Positions 19,665 to 28,784 are shown, numbered from the stretch's first letter. The stretch: 41,008 nucleotides of DNA from Candidatus Allobutyricicoccus pentlandensis (GCA_904398645.1 CAJFPH010000077.1:1-41008), one strand, 5' to 3'. Notes: generated from the letters alone by a model not told the origin. Program-made: numbers and translations.

Positions 19665-19771
19665 TACTTGTGTTGCGGGTAAGCTGTCTTTGAGAGAGCA
19701 ATGTGCTTTTCAGCCAATTAATTTTGTGTTATGATTACAGTTATCAAGTATATCTGTAGGGGGAAAGTGCG

Positions 19772-20362
19772 ATGGACATGCTGAATTTTATGAAATCCCG
19801 ACGCTCTACAAGAAAATTTAGGGATAATCCGGTAGAGGAAGAGAAACTGGCGCAGGTAGTTGAAGCGGGCTGCTATGCTCCCAGCGGTGGGAACAATCAG
19901 AGCTGGCACTTTGTGGTGATTCAAAAGAAAGAGGTGCTTGTAAAACTGGCGGAATTGGTCCAGCACGCATTTTGTGAAATGGACTATGACGAGACCACAT
20001 ACGCTTCGCTTGTCAACTCGATTCGGCTTTCCAAAAAAGGCGGCTATGTGTTTCACTATGGAGCGCCGGTATTGATCGTGGTTACCAACAAAAAGGGTTA
20101 CGGAAACGCCATGGCGGATAGCGCGTGCGCTCTCGAAAATATGATGTTGATGGCAAACGCTCTTGATTTGGGCAGTTGTTGGATCAACCAGCTTCACTGG
20201 CTGGATGAGAATTCATGCATTCGCACGTATCTGAAGCAGTTTGACGTGACGGACGGCGAGACGATTTGCGGGGCAATTGCGCTCGGCTATGCTGATACAA
20301 AGGACGGCCTGCCTGACCGATCGCCGCTGCCGCGTAAAGAAATTCGCATTACGCGGGTATAG
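19772..20362 (+). CDS. Nitroreductase-family flavoprotein
   Basis: RRSTRKF motif, ...PSGGNNQSWHF..., ~196 aa. A TGtTATGAT extended -10 lies at ~19727-19735. Confidence 0.85.
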   Translation: MDMLNFMKSRRSTRKFRDNPVEEEKLAQVVEAGCYAPSGGNNQSWHFVVIQKKEVLVKLAELVQHAFCEMDYDETTYASLVNSIRLSKKGGYVFHYGAPVLIVVTNKKGYGNAMADSACALENMMLMANALDLGSCWINQLHWLDENSCIRTYLKQFDVTDGETICGAIALGYADTKDGLPDRSPLPRKEIRITRV

Positions 20363-20430
20363 TCCTCAAAATACATAAAGGCCGGCCATTCAACCGGCTG
20401 GAGAAACTAAAATTCAAACCTCATAAAAAA

Positions 20431-20460
20431 ACGTTCCGGCAGAGTAACCTGTCGGAACGT
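20431..20460. terminator. Bidirectional hairpin between convergent genes
   Basis: ACGTTCCG...CGGAACGT flanked by an A-run and a T-run. Confidence 0.65.
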
Positions 20461-20464
20461 TTTA

Positions 20465-21202
20465 TTATTCTTTTACCTGCATTCCCGTGTGATCCATATA
20501 GAAACCGTCCTGATAGATCAGTTCTGATACCGGGGCGAAAGTGAATCCGCGCTCGATTAAACCGTCAATAATTGCGGGAAGCGCCGCAGGCGTTTGTTCG
20601 GCGGCATTATGGAACAGAATAATGGAGCCGGATTTTGTTTTTTCCAGTACGCGTTTTACAATTGCATCGCTGCCTGGTTTTTTCCAATCCAGGCTGTCCA
20701 CGTCCCATTGAATGGTATAGAAGCCCTCGTTTCGCATGGTTGAGACGACAGAATCATTATAGTCACCGTAGGGGGGACGGAAAAGATTCGGACGCACACC
20801 TGTCACAGCCTCGATCTTATCCGCACAGGCTTTTACCTCCGCCGCCATTTGAGAAGAGGAAAGCTGTGTAAAATGCGGGTGCGTGTTGGAGTGGTTCATG
20901 ACCTCGTGACCGGCGTCATAAAGTGCTTTTACAGACTCGGGATATTTATCAACCCATTCTCCCACAACAAAAAAAGTTGCTCGGATATCATGTTCTGCAA
21001 GTATATCTATGAGCTGTTGTGTGTCTTCATTGCCCCAGGCCGCATCAAACGTGAGAGAGACAACGTTGTCCTCGCGTCCGACACAGTAGATCGGGAGATC
21101 ACGGTCTGCGCGAGCGGCCAGCGCAAAGGCAGAAAGCGATGCGATGGCCAATGTAAGCGCCAGAATAAAGCTCAGGCGTCTTTTTATTTGAAAAAACTTC
21201 AT
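20465..21202 (-). CDS. Secreted polysaccharide deacetylase (CE4 / NodB homology domain)
   Basis: Signal peptide, then LTFDAAWG, HSNTHPHF and LFHN motifs. Confidence 0.85.
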   Translation of the reverse strand: MKFFQIKRRLSFILALTLAIASLSAFALAARADRDLPIYCVGREDNVVSLTFDAAWGNEDTQQLIDILAEHDIRATFFVVGEWVDKYPESVKALYDAGHEVMNHSNTHPHFTQLSSSQMAAEVKACADKIEAVTGVRPNLFRPPYGDYNDSVVSTMRNEGFYTIQWDVDSLDWKKPGSDAIVKRVLEKTKSGSIILFHNAAEQTPAALPAIIDGLIERGFTFAPVSELIYQDGFYMDHTGMQVKE

Positions 21203-21335
21203 AGGAATACCTCGTTATACGGTTTTTCGCATACAGTATATGTCAGATTACGACTTTTATACGCCTCGACAGAAATCGACACACATACATGGTAATTAAT
21301 GGTAAAATATGACATCAACTGGAAGGGGCGATACA

Positions 21336-22295
21336 ATGTTCCGAAAGATAGGTGTTTTTATATTGATGCTGGTTTTGTTTTCCGGATGCGCGAATGTTGC
21401 AGGGTACGACGGTCGTGCAGATGACGAGGATTTAAAAACGTATATCAGGGAACTGTGTGGAGAATATGGGATTCCAGAGACATTAATTTTTGCCGTGATT
21501 GAAAAGGAGAGCAGTTGGAACGCCGATGCGGTGAATTATAATGAAACATGCTTTGGGCTTATGCAGATTAACGTCGTCAATTTTGATTGGCTGGAAGACG
21601 AATTGGGACTGGATGACCCTAAGGAACCATATCAGAATGTACGTGCAGGAATTTACATGCTCTCTGTATATTTGGAAAAGTATCTGGATTATCACATGGC
21701 GCTTATGTGCTACAATTGCGGTGAAAATGGCGCCCGTCAACTCTGGCAAGATGGCATTTTCACAAATGCTTACAGCCTGTGGGTGATCGACCGAATGCAC
21801 GACCTCGAATGGGAGGCTCTGGACGCCGCACGGGAACAACTTGACTTGCAGGCCAGTGAAAGAGAAACAGAGTCAGACGATTCGGAAAAAATTATCTCTG
21901 AAACGGTTACGAATGATGAAAAGAAATACTCTCGCGATTTGATATATGAGGAATCATCTCCAGAAGAGACCGGTATCCGGACAGTGACGCAGGATACGAT
22001 TCATTTAGAGTATGCGGACAACCCGGAGAATGCTGTAGTCACGGAAAAAACAGGGGTGGAACTCTATACGGAAGATATCGTTTTAAAGAATATTGGATAT
22101 TTTGGTTCTCCGGTTCTTACCGTGCCGCATTCCGACACATGCGAGAAGTCCTGTTATACCAGGGTGTGTCTGGAAACCGGAGCTGCACTTGTACGTGCAT
22201 ATGCCTATGGACAAGCCGGACATGCGGTACTTGGTTTCATTACCATGCCGCTGAGCTGTTCCTTATGTTGGATGCGCTTTGCGGCTTTATCCTGA
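21336..22295 (+). CDS. Lytic transglycosylase (SLT domain) lipoprotein with an unrecognised C-terminal half
   Basis: Lipobox LFSGC after MFRKIGVFILMLV. SLT catalytic motif EKESSW...GLMQIN...YNCG. The start at 21336 has GGAAGGGG upstream. Confidence 0.8.
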   Translation: MFRKIGVFILMLVLFSGCANVAGYDGRADDEDLKTYIRELCGEYGIPETLIFAVIEKESSWNADAVNYNETCFGLMQINVVNFDWLEDELGLDDPKEPYQNVRAGIYMLSVYLEKYLDYHMALMCYNCGENGARQLWQDGIFTNAYSLWVIDRMHDLEWEALDAAREQLDLQASERETESDDSEKIISETVTNDEKKYSRDLIYEESSPEETGIRTVTQDTIHLEYADNPENAVVTEKTGVELYTEDIVLKNIGYFGSPVLTVPHSDTCEKSCYTRVCLETGAALVRAYAYGQAGHAVLGFITMPLSCSLCWMRFAALS

Positions 22296-22336
22296 AAAAA
22301 TGATAGAAACTGAAAAATTAATATGATTTGTCCCCT

Positions 22337-22380
22337 GGTCCTGTCACATGTCTCCCCCGTCATGTTGCAGGACCTTTTTT
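22337..22380 (+). terminator. Intrinsic terminator after the SLT gene
   Basis: GGTCCTGtcACATG...CATGTtgCAGGACC followed by TTTTTT. Confidence 0.75.
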
Positions 22381-22456
22381 AAAATTTAACATCCTGCACT
22401 TTCTTTGAATTCCGTATATTGATATAATGTTGGTATTCAGAATGATCGAGGTGTTT

Positions 22457-23344
22457 ATGAGAAACGAAAAGGAAATGTTTGACCTGATTCTGGACGTGGC
22501 GCGTCAGGATGACCGTATTCGTGCGGTTTACATGAATGGTTCCCGTGCAAACCCAAATGTAGAGAAGGATCCGTACCGCGACTATGACATCGTCTATGTG
22601 GTGACAGAGACCATACCTTATGTGAAAAATCCGGACTGGATTTCCGTATTCGGCGAGATTGCAATTGTTCAGGAACCGGACCGAAATGATCTGTTTAGTG
22701 GAAGCAAAACGGATTTTACCAAGACTTTTACCTGGCTGATGCTGTTTCGGGATGGAAACCGTATTGATTTGCATGTGGAAACGGTGGAAGCCATGCAGGA
22801 CTCCTATGGAACCGATACCCTGACAGTTCCGCTGCTTGATAAAGACGGCATATTACCGGCTCTCCCTCCGCCTTCAGATTCCGGATATTTCATCCAAAAG
22901 CCTTCGGAAAATCAGTTTCATGCAGCCGCAAATGAATTCTGGTGGTGCCTCAACAATGTAGCCAAGGGTCTTGTACGCCAGCAACTCCCGTATGCCATGT
23001 GGATGCTGGAATGTATCATACGGCCGGAGCTGGAATGCATGACGGAATGGTATATCGGCATACAGCATCATTTTCAGGTTACGGCTGGCGCCCATGGCAA
23101 ATACTTTAAAAAATATTTACCGGACCAGCTTTATGCAATGCTTGTCAAAACGTATTCCGACGGCGACTATGACCATCTATGGGACGCTGTGTTTACTATG
23201 TGTGAGCTGTTTGGCGTTTTGGGCCGTGAAGTGGCGGAAGCACTCGGTTACACATATCGCGCGGATTGGGAAGAAGGCACCCTCGCCTATTTGCGGGGCA
23301 TGAGAAACGGAAAATTTCAAATAGAGCAGAGTACGCATAAGTGA
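22457..23344 (+). CDS. Aminoglycoside 6-adenylyltransferase (ANT(6)/AadK family) homologue
   Basis: N-terminus MRNEKEMFDLILDVARQDDRIRAVYMNGSRANPNVEKDPYRDYDIVYVV matches the streptomycin adenylyltransferase family pattern. ~295 aa. Confidence 0.75.
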   Translation: MRNEKEMFDLILDVARQDDRIRAVYMNGSRANPNVEKDPYRDYDIVYVVTETIPYVKNPDWISVFGEIAIVQEPDRNDLFSGSKTDFTKTFTWLMLFRDGNRIDLHVETVEAMQDSYGTDTLTVPLLDKDGILPALPPPSDSGYFIQKPSENQFHAAANEFWWCLNNVAKGLVRQQLPYAMWMLECIIRPELECMTEWYIGIQHHFQVTAGAHGKYFKKYLPDQLYAMLVKTYSDGDYDHLWDAVFTMCELFGVLGREVAEALGYTYRADWEEGTLAYLRGMRNGKFQIEQSTHK

Positions 23345-23353
23345 ATATTGGAA

Positions 23354-23393
23354 ATAATCCCGACCGCATTCTTTTTGGCGCGGTCGGGATTAT
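23354..23393. terminator. Bidirectional terminator between the ANT(6)-like gene and degV
   Basis: ATAATCCCGACCGC...GCGGTCGGGATTAT perfect 14-bp stem. Confidence 0.8.
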
Positions 23394-23411
23394 CATGTTT
23401 TCATATGGGAT

Positions 23412-24257
23412 TTAAGCTTTTCGAATAAACAGAATGCCGAGCGTATGCGGTCCGCAGTGGCAGGAAATGGTGCATCCGGCTGTCGTTTCAATTACCTGCT
23501 CAAACTTCGCATATTTTGCAATTTCTTCCCGAACGAGCGGGACGATACCATCATCTACAGGCGTATGCGTAATAAAAATGCGGTCAAGCACAAGGTCGTC
23601 ACGCCCTGCCAGACGATCGCGTACATATTCACGCAAACATTTTTCAAAGGAACCGCGGTACTTTTTCACGACGTCCATTTTCCCGTCGATAACTGCGATG
23701 CATGGCTTGATATTAAAAAGGTTCGCGCCAAATGCAGCCGCCGCAGAACAGCGTCCCCCCTTTTTCATATAGTCGAGATGGTCCAGAATGAAACTTGCGT
23801 CAACCCGGGCGGTCAAATCGTTCAGACGCGCCACAATTTCCTCGGGCGGCAGACCGGCTTCTGCCATTTTTGCCGCCTCGATCACAACATGTCCATGTCC
23901 GGTGGAAAGATTCCGGGAGTCAACGACATATACATGATCTAGCTCCTGCGCTGCTGCGCATGCGCTGCGGTAGCAGGCGGAAAACTCGGCGCTGATATTG
24001 ATGTGGATAACCGTGTCATAGGATTTGCGCAACTCGCTGAAAACTTCGATGTAGTCTGCAACATTGACTGCGGAAGTGGTACATAGTTCCCCGCCGGCGG
24101 CAACATGAGCAAAGATATCCTCCGGTTGAATCTCGACCGAATCTTTGTAATAGTTTCCCGCTTTACAAATAGAGAGCGGGACGATCGTGATATCATGCTG
24201 CTTTAAAAGCTCCGGCGACAGGTCGCAAGTACTGTCGGAGGAGATTTTGATTGACAT
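23412..24257 (-). CDS. DegV-family fatty-acid-binding protein
   Basis: MSIKISSDSTCDLSPELLKQHDITIVPLSI is a typical DegV N-terminus. 281 aa. Confidence 0.85.
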   Translation of the reverse strand: MSIKISSDSTCDLSPELLKQHDITIVPLSICKAGNYYKDSVEIQPEDIFAHVAAGGELCTTSAVNVADYIEVFSELRKSYDTVIHINISAEFSACYRSACAAAQELDHVYVVDSRNLSTGHGHVVIEAAKMAEAGLPPEEIVARLNDLTARVDASFILDHLDYMKKGGRCSAAAAFGANLFNIKPCIAVIDGKMDVVKKYRGSFEKCLREYVRDRLAGRDDLVLDRIFITHTPVDDGIVPLVREEIAKYAKFEQVIETTAGCTISCHCGPHTLGILFIRKA

Positions 24258-24508
24258 GTTTATTCACAACACCTTTCCTGCTTCAAAATCGATATGATAA
24301 GCTGTGGAAGTTATTATACATGAAAATATTCTCTTTGTATAGAGTGATTTTCCATCATGACCTTGCTTTTACTTGCATCCCTCGCACTTCCGTTGACAAA
24401 CGTGTATGCTGTGATGTAAGATAATTTACGGAAACGGTCGATTTCGTACGTAATCTATGAAAAACCGACAGTTTTTTATCCGAACCTCTTTAAAGTTAAA
24501 AAGAGTTG

Positions 24509-24517
24509 TGTTATAAT
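24509..24517 (+). promoter_or_regulatory. Extended -10 promoter element upstream of the hydrogenase locus
   Basis: TGtTATAAT, ~75 nt upstream of the hydC ATG. A second candidate (TTGACA, 18-nt spacer, TAAGAT) lies at ~24394-24423. Confidence 0.5.
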
Positions 24518-24591
24518 GCTATGGTACATGTGTAACCATGACAAGATCCGGGCGTGGTATATAAAAAGTGCCCGGTACGAGGAGGATTTGT

Positions 24592-25083
24592 ATGGCAAAA
24601 GTGATCGCGTCGGTACCGTTTAACGGGACTGCGGAACAGAAGCAGCAGCTTCTCGACTTCATTGCTGCGCATAAGGAACAAAAAGGCGCTTTGATGCCCA
24701 TTATGCAGAAGGCACAGGAAATTTATGGCTATTTGCCGGTGGAAGTGCAGCGTATGATCTCAGAAGAAACGGGGATACCTCTTGAAAAAATTTATGGTGT
24801 CGCCACCTTTTATGCGCAATTCACGCTACAGCCAAAGGGACAGTACCGCATTTCCGTCTGCCTTGGTACCGCGTGCTATGTTAAGGGTTCGCGTCAAATT
24901 TTTGACAGGATTTCTGAAATCCTGGGTATCGGCGAGGGCGGCTGTACGCCTGACGGCAAGTTCTCCCTTGATTCCTGCCGCTGCGTCGGCGCCTGTGGCC
25001 TGGCTCCCGTCATGATGATCAATGACGACGTATATGGACGCCTGGTTCCGGCCGATGTAGATGGTATTTTAAAGAAATATTAA
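24592..25083 (+). CDS. hydC: NuoE-like [2Fe-2S] subunit of NADH-dependent [FeFe]-hydrogenase
   Basis: Thioredoxin-like 2Fe-2S pattern C-x4-C...C-x3-C (SVCLGTACYVKG...CRCVGACGLAP). GAGGAGG RBS before the ATG at 24592. Confidence 0.85.
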   Translation: MAKVIASVPFNGTAEQKQQLLDFIAAHKEQKGALMPIMQKAQEIYGYLPVEVQRMISEETGIPLEKIYGVATFYAQFTLQPKGQYRISVCLGTACYVKGSRQIFDRISEILGIGEGGCTPDGKFSLDSCRCVGACGLAPVMMINDDVYGRLVPADVDGILKKY

Positions 25084-25117
25084 TGGAAGGGCGCCGGTTC
25101 TGAAGGGAGAATTTCGT

Positions 25118-25462
25118 ATGAAAATTCGCGAGATCGTGCCGCTGCTTGAAGCAGAAGTGCTTTGTTGTGAGGAAGATTTGGATGTCGAGATCTATAATGC
25201 CTGCGGCAGCGATATGATGAGCGATGTGCTGGCATATGTGAAGGATCAGACGGCGCTTCTGACCGGCCTGGTCAATCCGCAGGTCGTGCGTACGGCTATG
25301 ATGATGGATATGCGCTGCATAATTTTTGTGCGCGGTAAGTGTCCGACTCCGGAGATGATCGCCCTGGCTGAAGAAGGCCGCATTGTCCTGCTTTCCACAA
25401 AGCTGCGCATGTATGAAGCATGCGGGAGACTGTACGTAAGTCACTTGGCTGGAGGGGTTTGA
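25118..25462 (+). CDS. DRTGG-domain protein (copy 1)
   Basis: Small protein with a GSDMMSDVL...LLTGLVNPQVVRTA core typical of hydrogenase-linked DRTGG proteins. Confidence 0.7.
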   Translation: MKIREIVPLLEAEVLCCEEDLDVEIYNACGSDMMSDVLAYVKDQTALLTGLVNPQVVRTAMMMDMRCIIFVRGKCPTPEMIALAEEGRIVLLSTKLRMYEACGRLYVSHLAGGV

Positions 25463-25466
25463 CGGT

Positions 25467-25892
25467 ATGGATGATGCCTTGCGATTCCATTTTGACATAG
25501 ACGGCGATAACTTTACTTCGGCGGGGGAGGCCTCTGTTGAGGTGAAAAAGAAGCTGCGGCAGCTGGGTTTTCCGCCGGATGTCATACGCCGTGTGTCGAT
25601 CGCCATGTATGAGGGCGAGATCAATATGGTGATTCATGCCCGTGGCGGAGATGCGGATGTGTTTGTATACCCGGATCATATTGTGATTATATTGGAGGAC
25701 CATGGCCCAGGAATTGAGGATATTGACCTTGCCATGCAGGAGGGATATTCCACCGCTCCGGACAGTGTTCGCGCGCTGGGATTTGGCGCGGGTATGGGCC
25801 TGCCAAATATGAAGAGGTATACCGAAGAAATGCACATCGAGTCAACGCTCGGTGTTGGAACGAAGATTACGATGGTAGTAAATGTTCAGTAG
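25467..25892 (+). CDS. HATPase_c protein, anti-sigma-factor-like Ser/Thr kinase fold (copy 1)
   Basis: N-box (YEGEINMVIHA), G1 (EDHGPGI) and G2 (GFGAGMGLPN) Bergerat-fold motifs. No HisKA domain. Confidence 0.75.
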   Translation: MDDALRFHFDIDGDNFTSAGEASVEVKKKLRQLGFPPDVIRRVSIAMYEGEINMVIHARGGDADVFVYPDHIVIILEDHGPGIEDIDLAMQEGYSTAPDSVRALGFGAGMGLPNMKRYTEEMHIESTLGVGTKITMVVNVQ

Positions 25893-25901
25893 GGGTGTTT
25901 C

Positions 25902-27200
25902 ATGTCTGAGTATAGGCACTCAGTATCGCTGGAAGAGGATAAGTGTAAGGGCTGCACAACGTGTCTCAAGCACTGTCCTACAGAGGCAATCCGGATTCGT
26001 AACGGCCATGCTGTTATCAATTCCGAAATCTGTATCGACTGCGGCGAGTGTATTCGCGTATGCCCGCATAAGGCCAAGAAAGCGATATTTGATAAGCTCG
26101 AGGATATTGGTCCGCGCTATAAATGGCGCATAGCACTGCCGCCGCCATCCCTTTATGGACAGTTTGAAAACCTTGACGACGTGGATTACGTCCTTCAGGG
26201 GCTGCTCGACTGTGGGTTTGACGAAGTATTTGAGGTTGCCCGTGCGGCGGAGATTGTGTCGGAATATACACGTAGGTATATGCATAAAAAGGACGTGTCA
26301 CGGCCTGTCATCAGTTCCGCGTGCCCTACGATTGTTCGTTTGATCCGTTTACGGTTTCCGTACCTGTGTGATAATGTCATGCCGATGCTGCCTCCTGTCG
26401 AGGTGGCAAGCCGTATGGCAAAGGCCGAGGCGCGAAAGAAACATCCGGAGCTTTGTGAGGACGAAATTTGCACGGTGTTTATTTCGCCGTGCCCGGCGAA
26501 GGCCAGTTACGTCAAAAACGGTATATCCAAAAACCGCAGCAGTATTGATTATGTTGTGTCAATGAGCGAAATGTACTTCAAACTCATTGGCGCAATGAAA
26601 GCAGTTGAAACGCCGAAAGTGGCCAGTGCGTCCGGTATGATCGGCATTAGCTGGGCAAGTTCCGGCGGAGAGGCGTCTGCGCTGTTTAACGACCGCTATC
26701 TGGCTGCCGACGGTATTGAAAATGCGATAAAGGTGCTCGACGAAATCGAGACTGGAAATTTCCCGTATTTGGAGTTCGTTGAGCTGAATGCTTGCCCGGG
26801 CGGTTGCGTGGGTGGCGCCGCGACTGTGGAGAATCCCTATATTGCCAAGGTGAGACTGCAGTCTTTGCGCAGATATCTTCCGATTTCACTGAACCGTCTG
26901 GAGAAAAGTGATGAGCCGGACGATTATGTACCGGCGGAGTTCATGCTTGGATCTCCGATTACATATGCGCCTGCAATGCGGCTGGATGCAAACCGCGGCA
27001 TTGCGATGCAGATGATGTCGGATATTGAAAAAATATATGAGTTACTCCCCGAGATTGATTGTGGTTCCTGCGGAGCGCCCACCTGCCGCGCATTTGCGGA
27101 GGACGTTGTGAAAGGGGAGTGCAAGGTAGAAGAATGCGTGGTGTACATGCGCGAACGAATGCGCGAATTCTGGTCAAAGCGGGGAGATGAACATCCATGA
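25902..27200 (+). CDS. HydS-like putative sensory [FeFe]-hydrogenase (group C-like), no PAS domain
   Basis: N-terminal 2x[4Fe-4S] ferredoxin motifs. Degenerate H-cluster motifs: SSACP for TSCCP, SPCPAK for MPCxxK, ACPGGCVGGAA for CxxGCxxGGGQP. C-terminal CGSCGAPTC...C Fe-S motif. Confidence 0.8.
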   Translation: MSEYRHSVSLEEDKCKGCTTCLKHCPTEAIRIRNGHAVINSEICIDCGECIRVCPHKAKKAIFDKLEDIGPRYKWRIALPPPSLYGQFENLDDVDYVLQGLLDCGFDEVFEVARAAEIVSEYTRRYMHKKDVSRPVISSACPTIVRLIRLRFPYLCDNVMPMLPPVEVASRMAKAEARKKHPELCEDEICTVFISPCPAKASYVKNGISKNRSSIDYVVSMSEMYFKLIGAMKAVETPKVASASGMIGISWASSGGEASALFNDRYLAADGIENAIKVLDEIETGNFPYLEFVELNACPGGCVGGAATVENPYIAKVRLQSLRRYLPISLNRLEKSDEPDDYVPAEFMLGSPITYAPAMRLDANRGIAMQMMSDIEKIYELLPEIDCGSCGAPTCRAFAEDVVKGECKVEECVVYMRERMREFWSKRGDEHP

Positions 27201-27523
27201 CGGTAGCTGAATTGGCTTCGGCGCTCAACCTGACGCCGGTTGCCCTTGGCGATCCACAGCGTGAAGTGACGGGCGGATATGCCGGCGACCTGCTTTCCTG
27301 GGTTATGGGCCGTGCTCAGGCCGGCGATGCGTGGGTGACGATTATGTCCAACGCAAACATTGTCGCGGTCGCGACGCTTGCGGATACGGCGCTGATCGTC
27401 CTGGCCGAAGGCGTAACGCTGGAGGAGGACGTTGCCGCGCTTGCCCAGGCAAAGGGCATCAATGTGTATACCAGCCCGCTCGATACCTTTACGCTCTGCG
27501 GAAAGATTGCCGCACTTTTATGA
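27197..27523 (+). CDS. DRTGG-domain protein (copy 2)
   Basis: GGYAGDLLSWVM...IMSNANIVAVA core. ATGA overlap with the HydS-like stop. Confidence 0.7.
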   Translation: MTVAELASALNLTPVALGDPQREVTGGYAGDLLSWVMGRAQAGDAWVTIMSNANIVAVATLADTALIVLAEGVTLEEDVAALAQAKGINVYTSPLDTFTLCGKIAALL

Positions 27524-28257
27524 CGCGCTATACGTATGATCTGCACATCCATTCCTGCCTGTCTCCCTGCGCGGATGATGATATGACGCCTGCAAATATC
27601 GCAGGTATGGCGTCTCTGGCCGGCGTGCAGTTGCTGGCGCTGACAGATCATAACAGTTGTGGAAACTGCGAGCCGTTCATGAAGGCGTGCCGTCAGTATG
27701 GAATCGTTCCGGTACCGGGGATGGAATTGACCACTGCGGAGGAAATTCATCTTGTCTGCCTGTTCCCGGATCTGGCGCCGGCGCTGGCTTTTGACCGCGA
27801 AGTAAAGGCGCACCTTTTGCCTGTGAAAAACAGGCCAGAGGTGTTTGGAAACCAGTTAATGGTAGATGAGAGGGACGAAATTGTCGGCGAGGAAGAACTT
27901 CTCCTTCTATCGGCAACCAGTTTACAACTTGAGGATGCCTATGCGCTTGCGTTGTATTACGGTGGCGCTGCGTATCCTGCGCATATTGACCGCAGTGCAA
28001 ACGGCATTATCGCCATCTTGGGCACTATGCCCCCGGAACCGGAGTTCCCGGCGGTGGAGCTGCGGGACGGCTCCAATCTGGAAACGTATACAGGAAGGTA
28101 TGGGCTTTCTGGAAAGCATATTCTCTGTTCGTCCGATTCGCACAATTTGTGGACGGTTGGGGATTGCGGAGCTTCCATTGAACTGGACGATGAGCCGTAC
28201 AGCAGCGCAAGAGTGCGCGGGGCGCTGATTGAGATGTTGAGGGGTGACGCGCCATGA
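27520..28257 (+). CDS. PHP-domain phosphoesterase
   Basis: YDLHIHSCLSPCADDDM...LTDHNS PHP metal-binding motifs. The real start is the ATG at 27520 (ATGA overlap), not the ORF-track start at 27331. Confidence 0.8.
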   Translation: MTRYTYDLHIHSCLSPCADDDMTPANIAGMASLAGVQLLALTDHNSCGNCEPFMKACRQYGIVPVPGMELTTAEEIHLVCLFPDLAPALAFDREVKAHLLPVKNRPEVFGNQLMVDERDEIVGEEELLLLSATSLQLEDAYALALYYGGAAYPAHIDRSANGIIAILGTMPPEPEFPAVELRDGSNLETYTGRYGLSGKHILCSSDSHNLWTVGDCGASIELDDEPYSSARVRGALIEMLRGDAP

Positions 28258-28784
28258 AGGAATTATCACTGAATATCCTTGATATCGCAAAGAACTCCGT
28301 GAAAGCGGAGGCTACTTGCATTGAAATTTCCATTGTAGAGGAGCAGGGGATCCGAACGCTGACAATTCGGGATGACGGGTGTGGTATGAGCCCGGAGTTC
28401 CTTGCGCAGGTGACGGACCCGTTTACAACGACGCGAACCACCCGCCCCGTCGGGATGGGGCTGCCGCTTTTAAAGCTGGCGGCGGAACAGGCTGACGGGA
28501 AGCTCACGATTACCTCACGCCAGGGAGAGGGTCACGGTACGACCGTACAGGCAACCTTTCGAATCGATCATCTCGACTGCGTACCCGTGGGCGATGTCGC
28601 CGGAACCATGGTGACGCTTATTCAGGGAAGTCCGAATATTGATTTCGAATTCCTATACCGGACGGATGCCGGAGAAAAACGCCTGTCAACGCGGGAGATG
28701 CGTGAAGTGCTGGGCGATGTGCCGCTCGACACGCCCGAGGTACTTGTGTGGGTGTCGGAGCTTTTGAATGAACCATTTAGTTAA
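28254..28784 (+). CDS. HATPase_c ATP-binding protein (copy 2)
   Basis: LNILDIAKNSVKA (N-box), RDDGCGM (G1), GMGLPLLK (G2). No HisKA or receiver domain. ATGA overlap with the PHP gene. Confidence 0.75.
   Translation: MKELSLNILDIAKNSVKAEATCIEISIVEEQGIRTLTIRDDGCGMSPEFLAQVTDPFTTTRTTRPVGMGLPLLKLAAEQADGKLTITSRQGEGHGTTVQATFRIDHLDCVPVGDVAGTMVTLIQGSPNIDFEFLYRTDAGEKRLSTREMREVLGDVPLDTPEVLVWVSELLNEPFS

Noticed and set aside
24258-24591. Rex-type operator (TTGTGAA-N6-TTCACAA-like palindrome) in the hydrogenase promoter region
   Set aside because: No convincing palindrome of that type is present. There are only short hairpins (ATGGT...ACCAT at ~24521-24539 and CCGGGC...GCCCGG at 24548-24575) of unclear meaning.
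27331-27519. 63-codon N-terminal extension of the PHP-domain ORF in the ORF track
   Set aside because: The extension overlaps the DRTGG gene in another frame and is Arg/Gly-rich nonsense. The PHP motif starts right after the ATG at 27520, which forms an ATGA coupling with the upstream stop.
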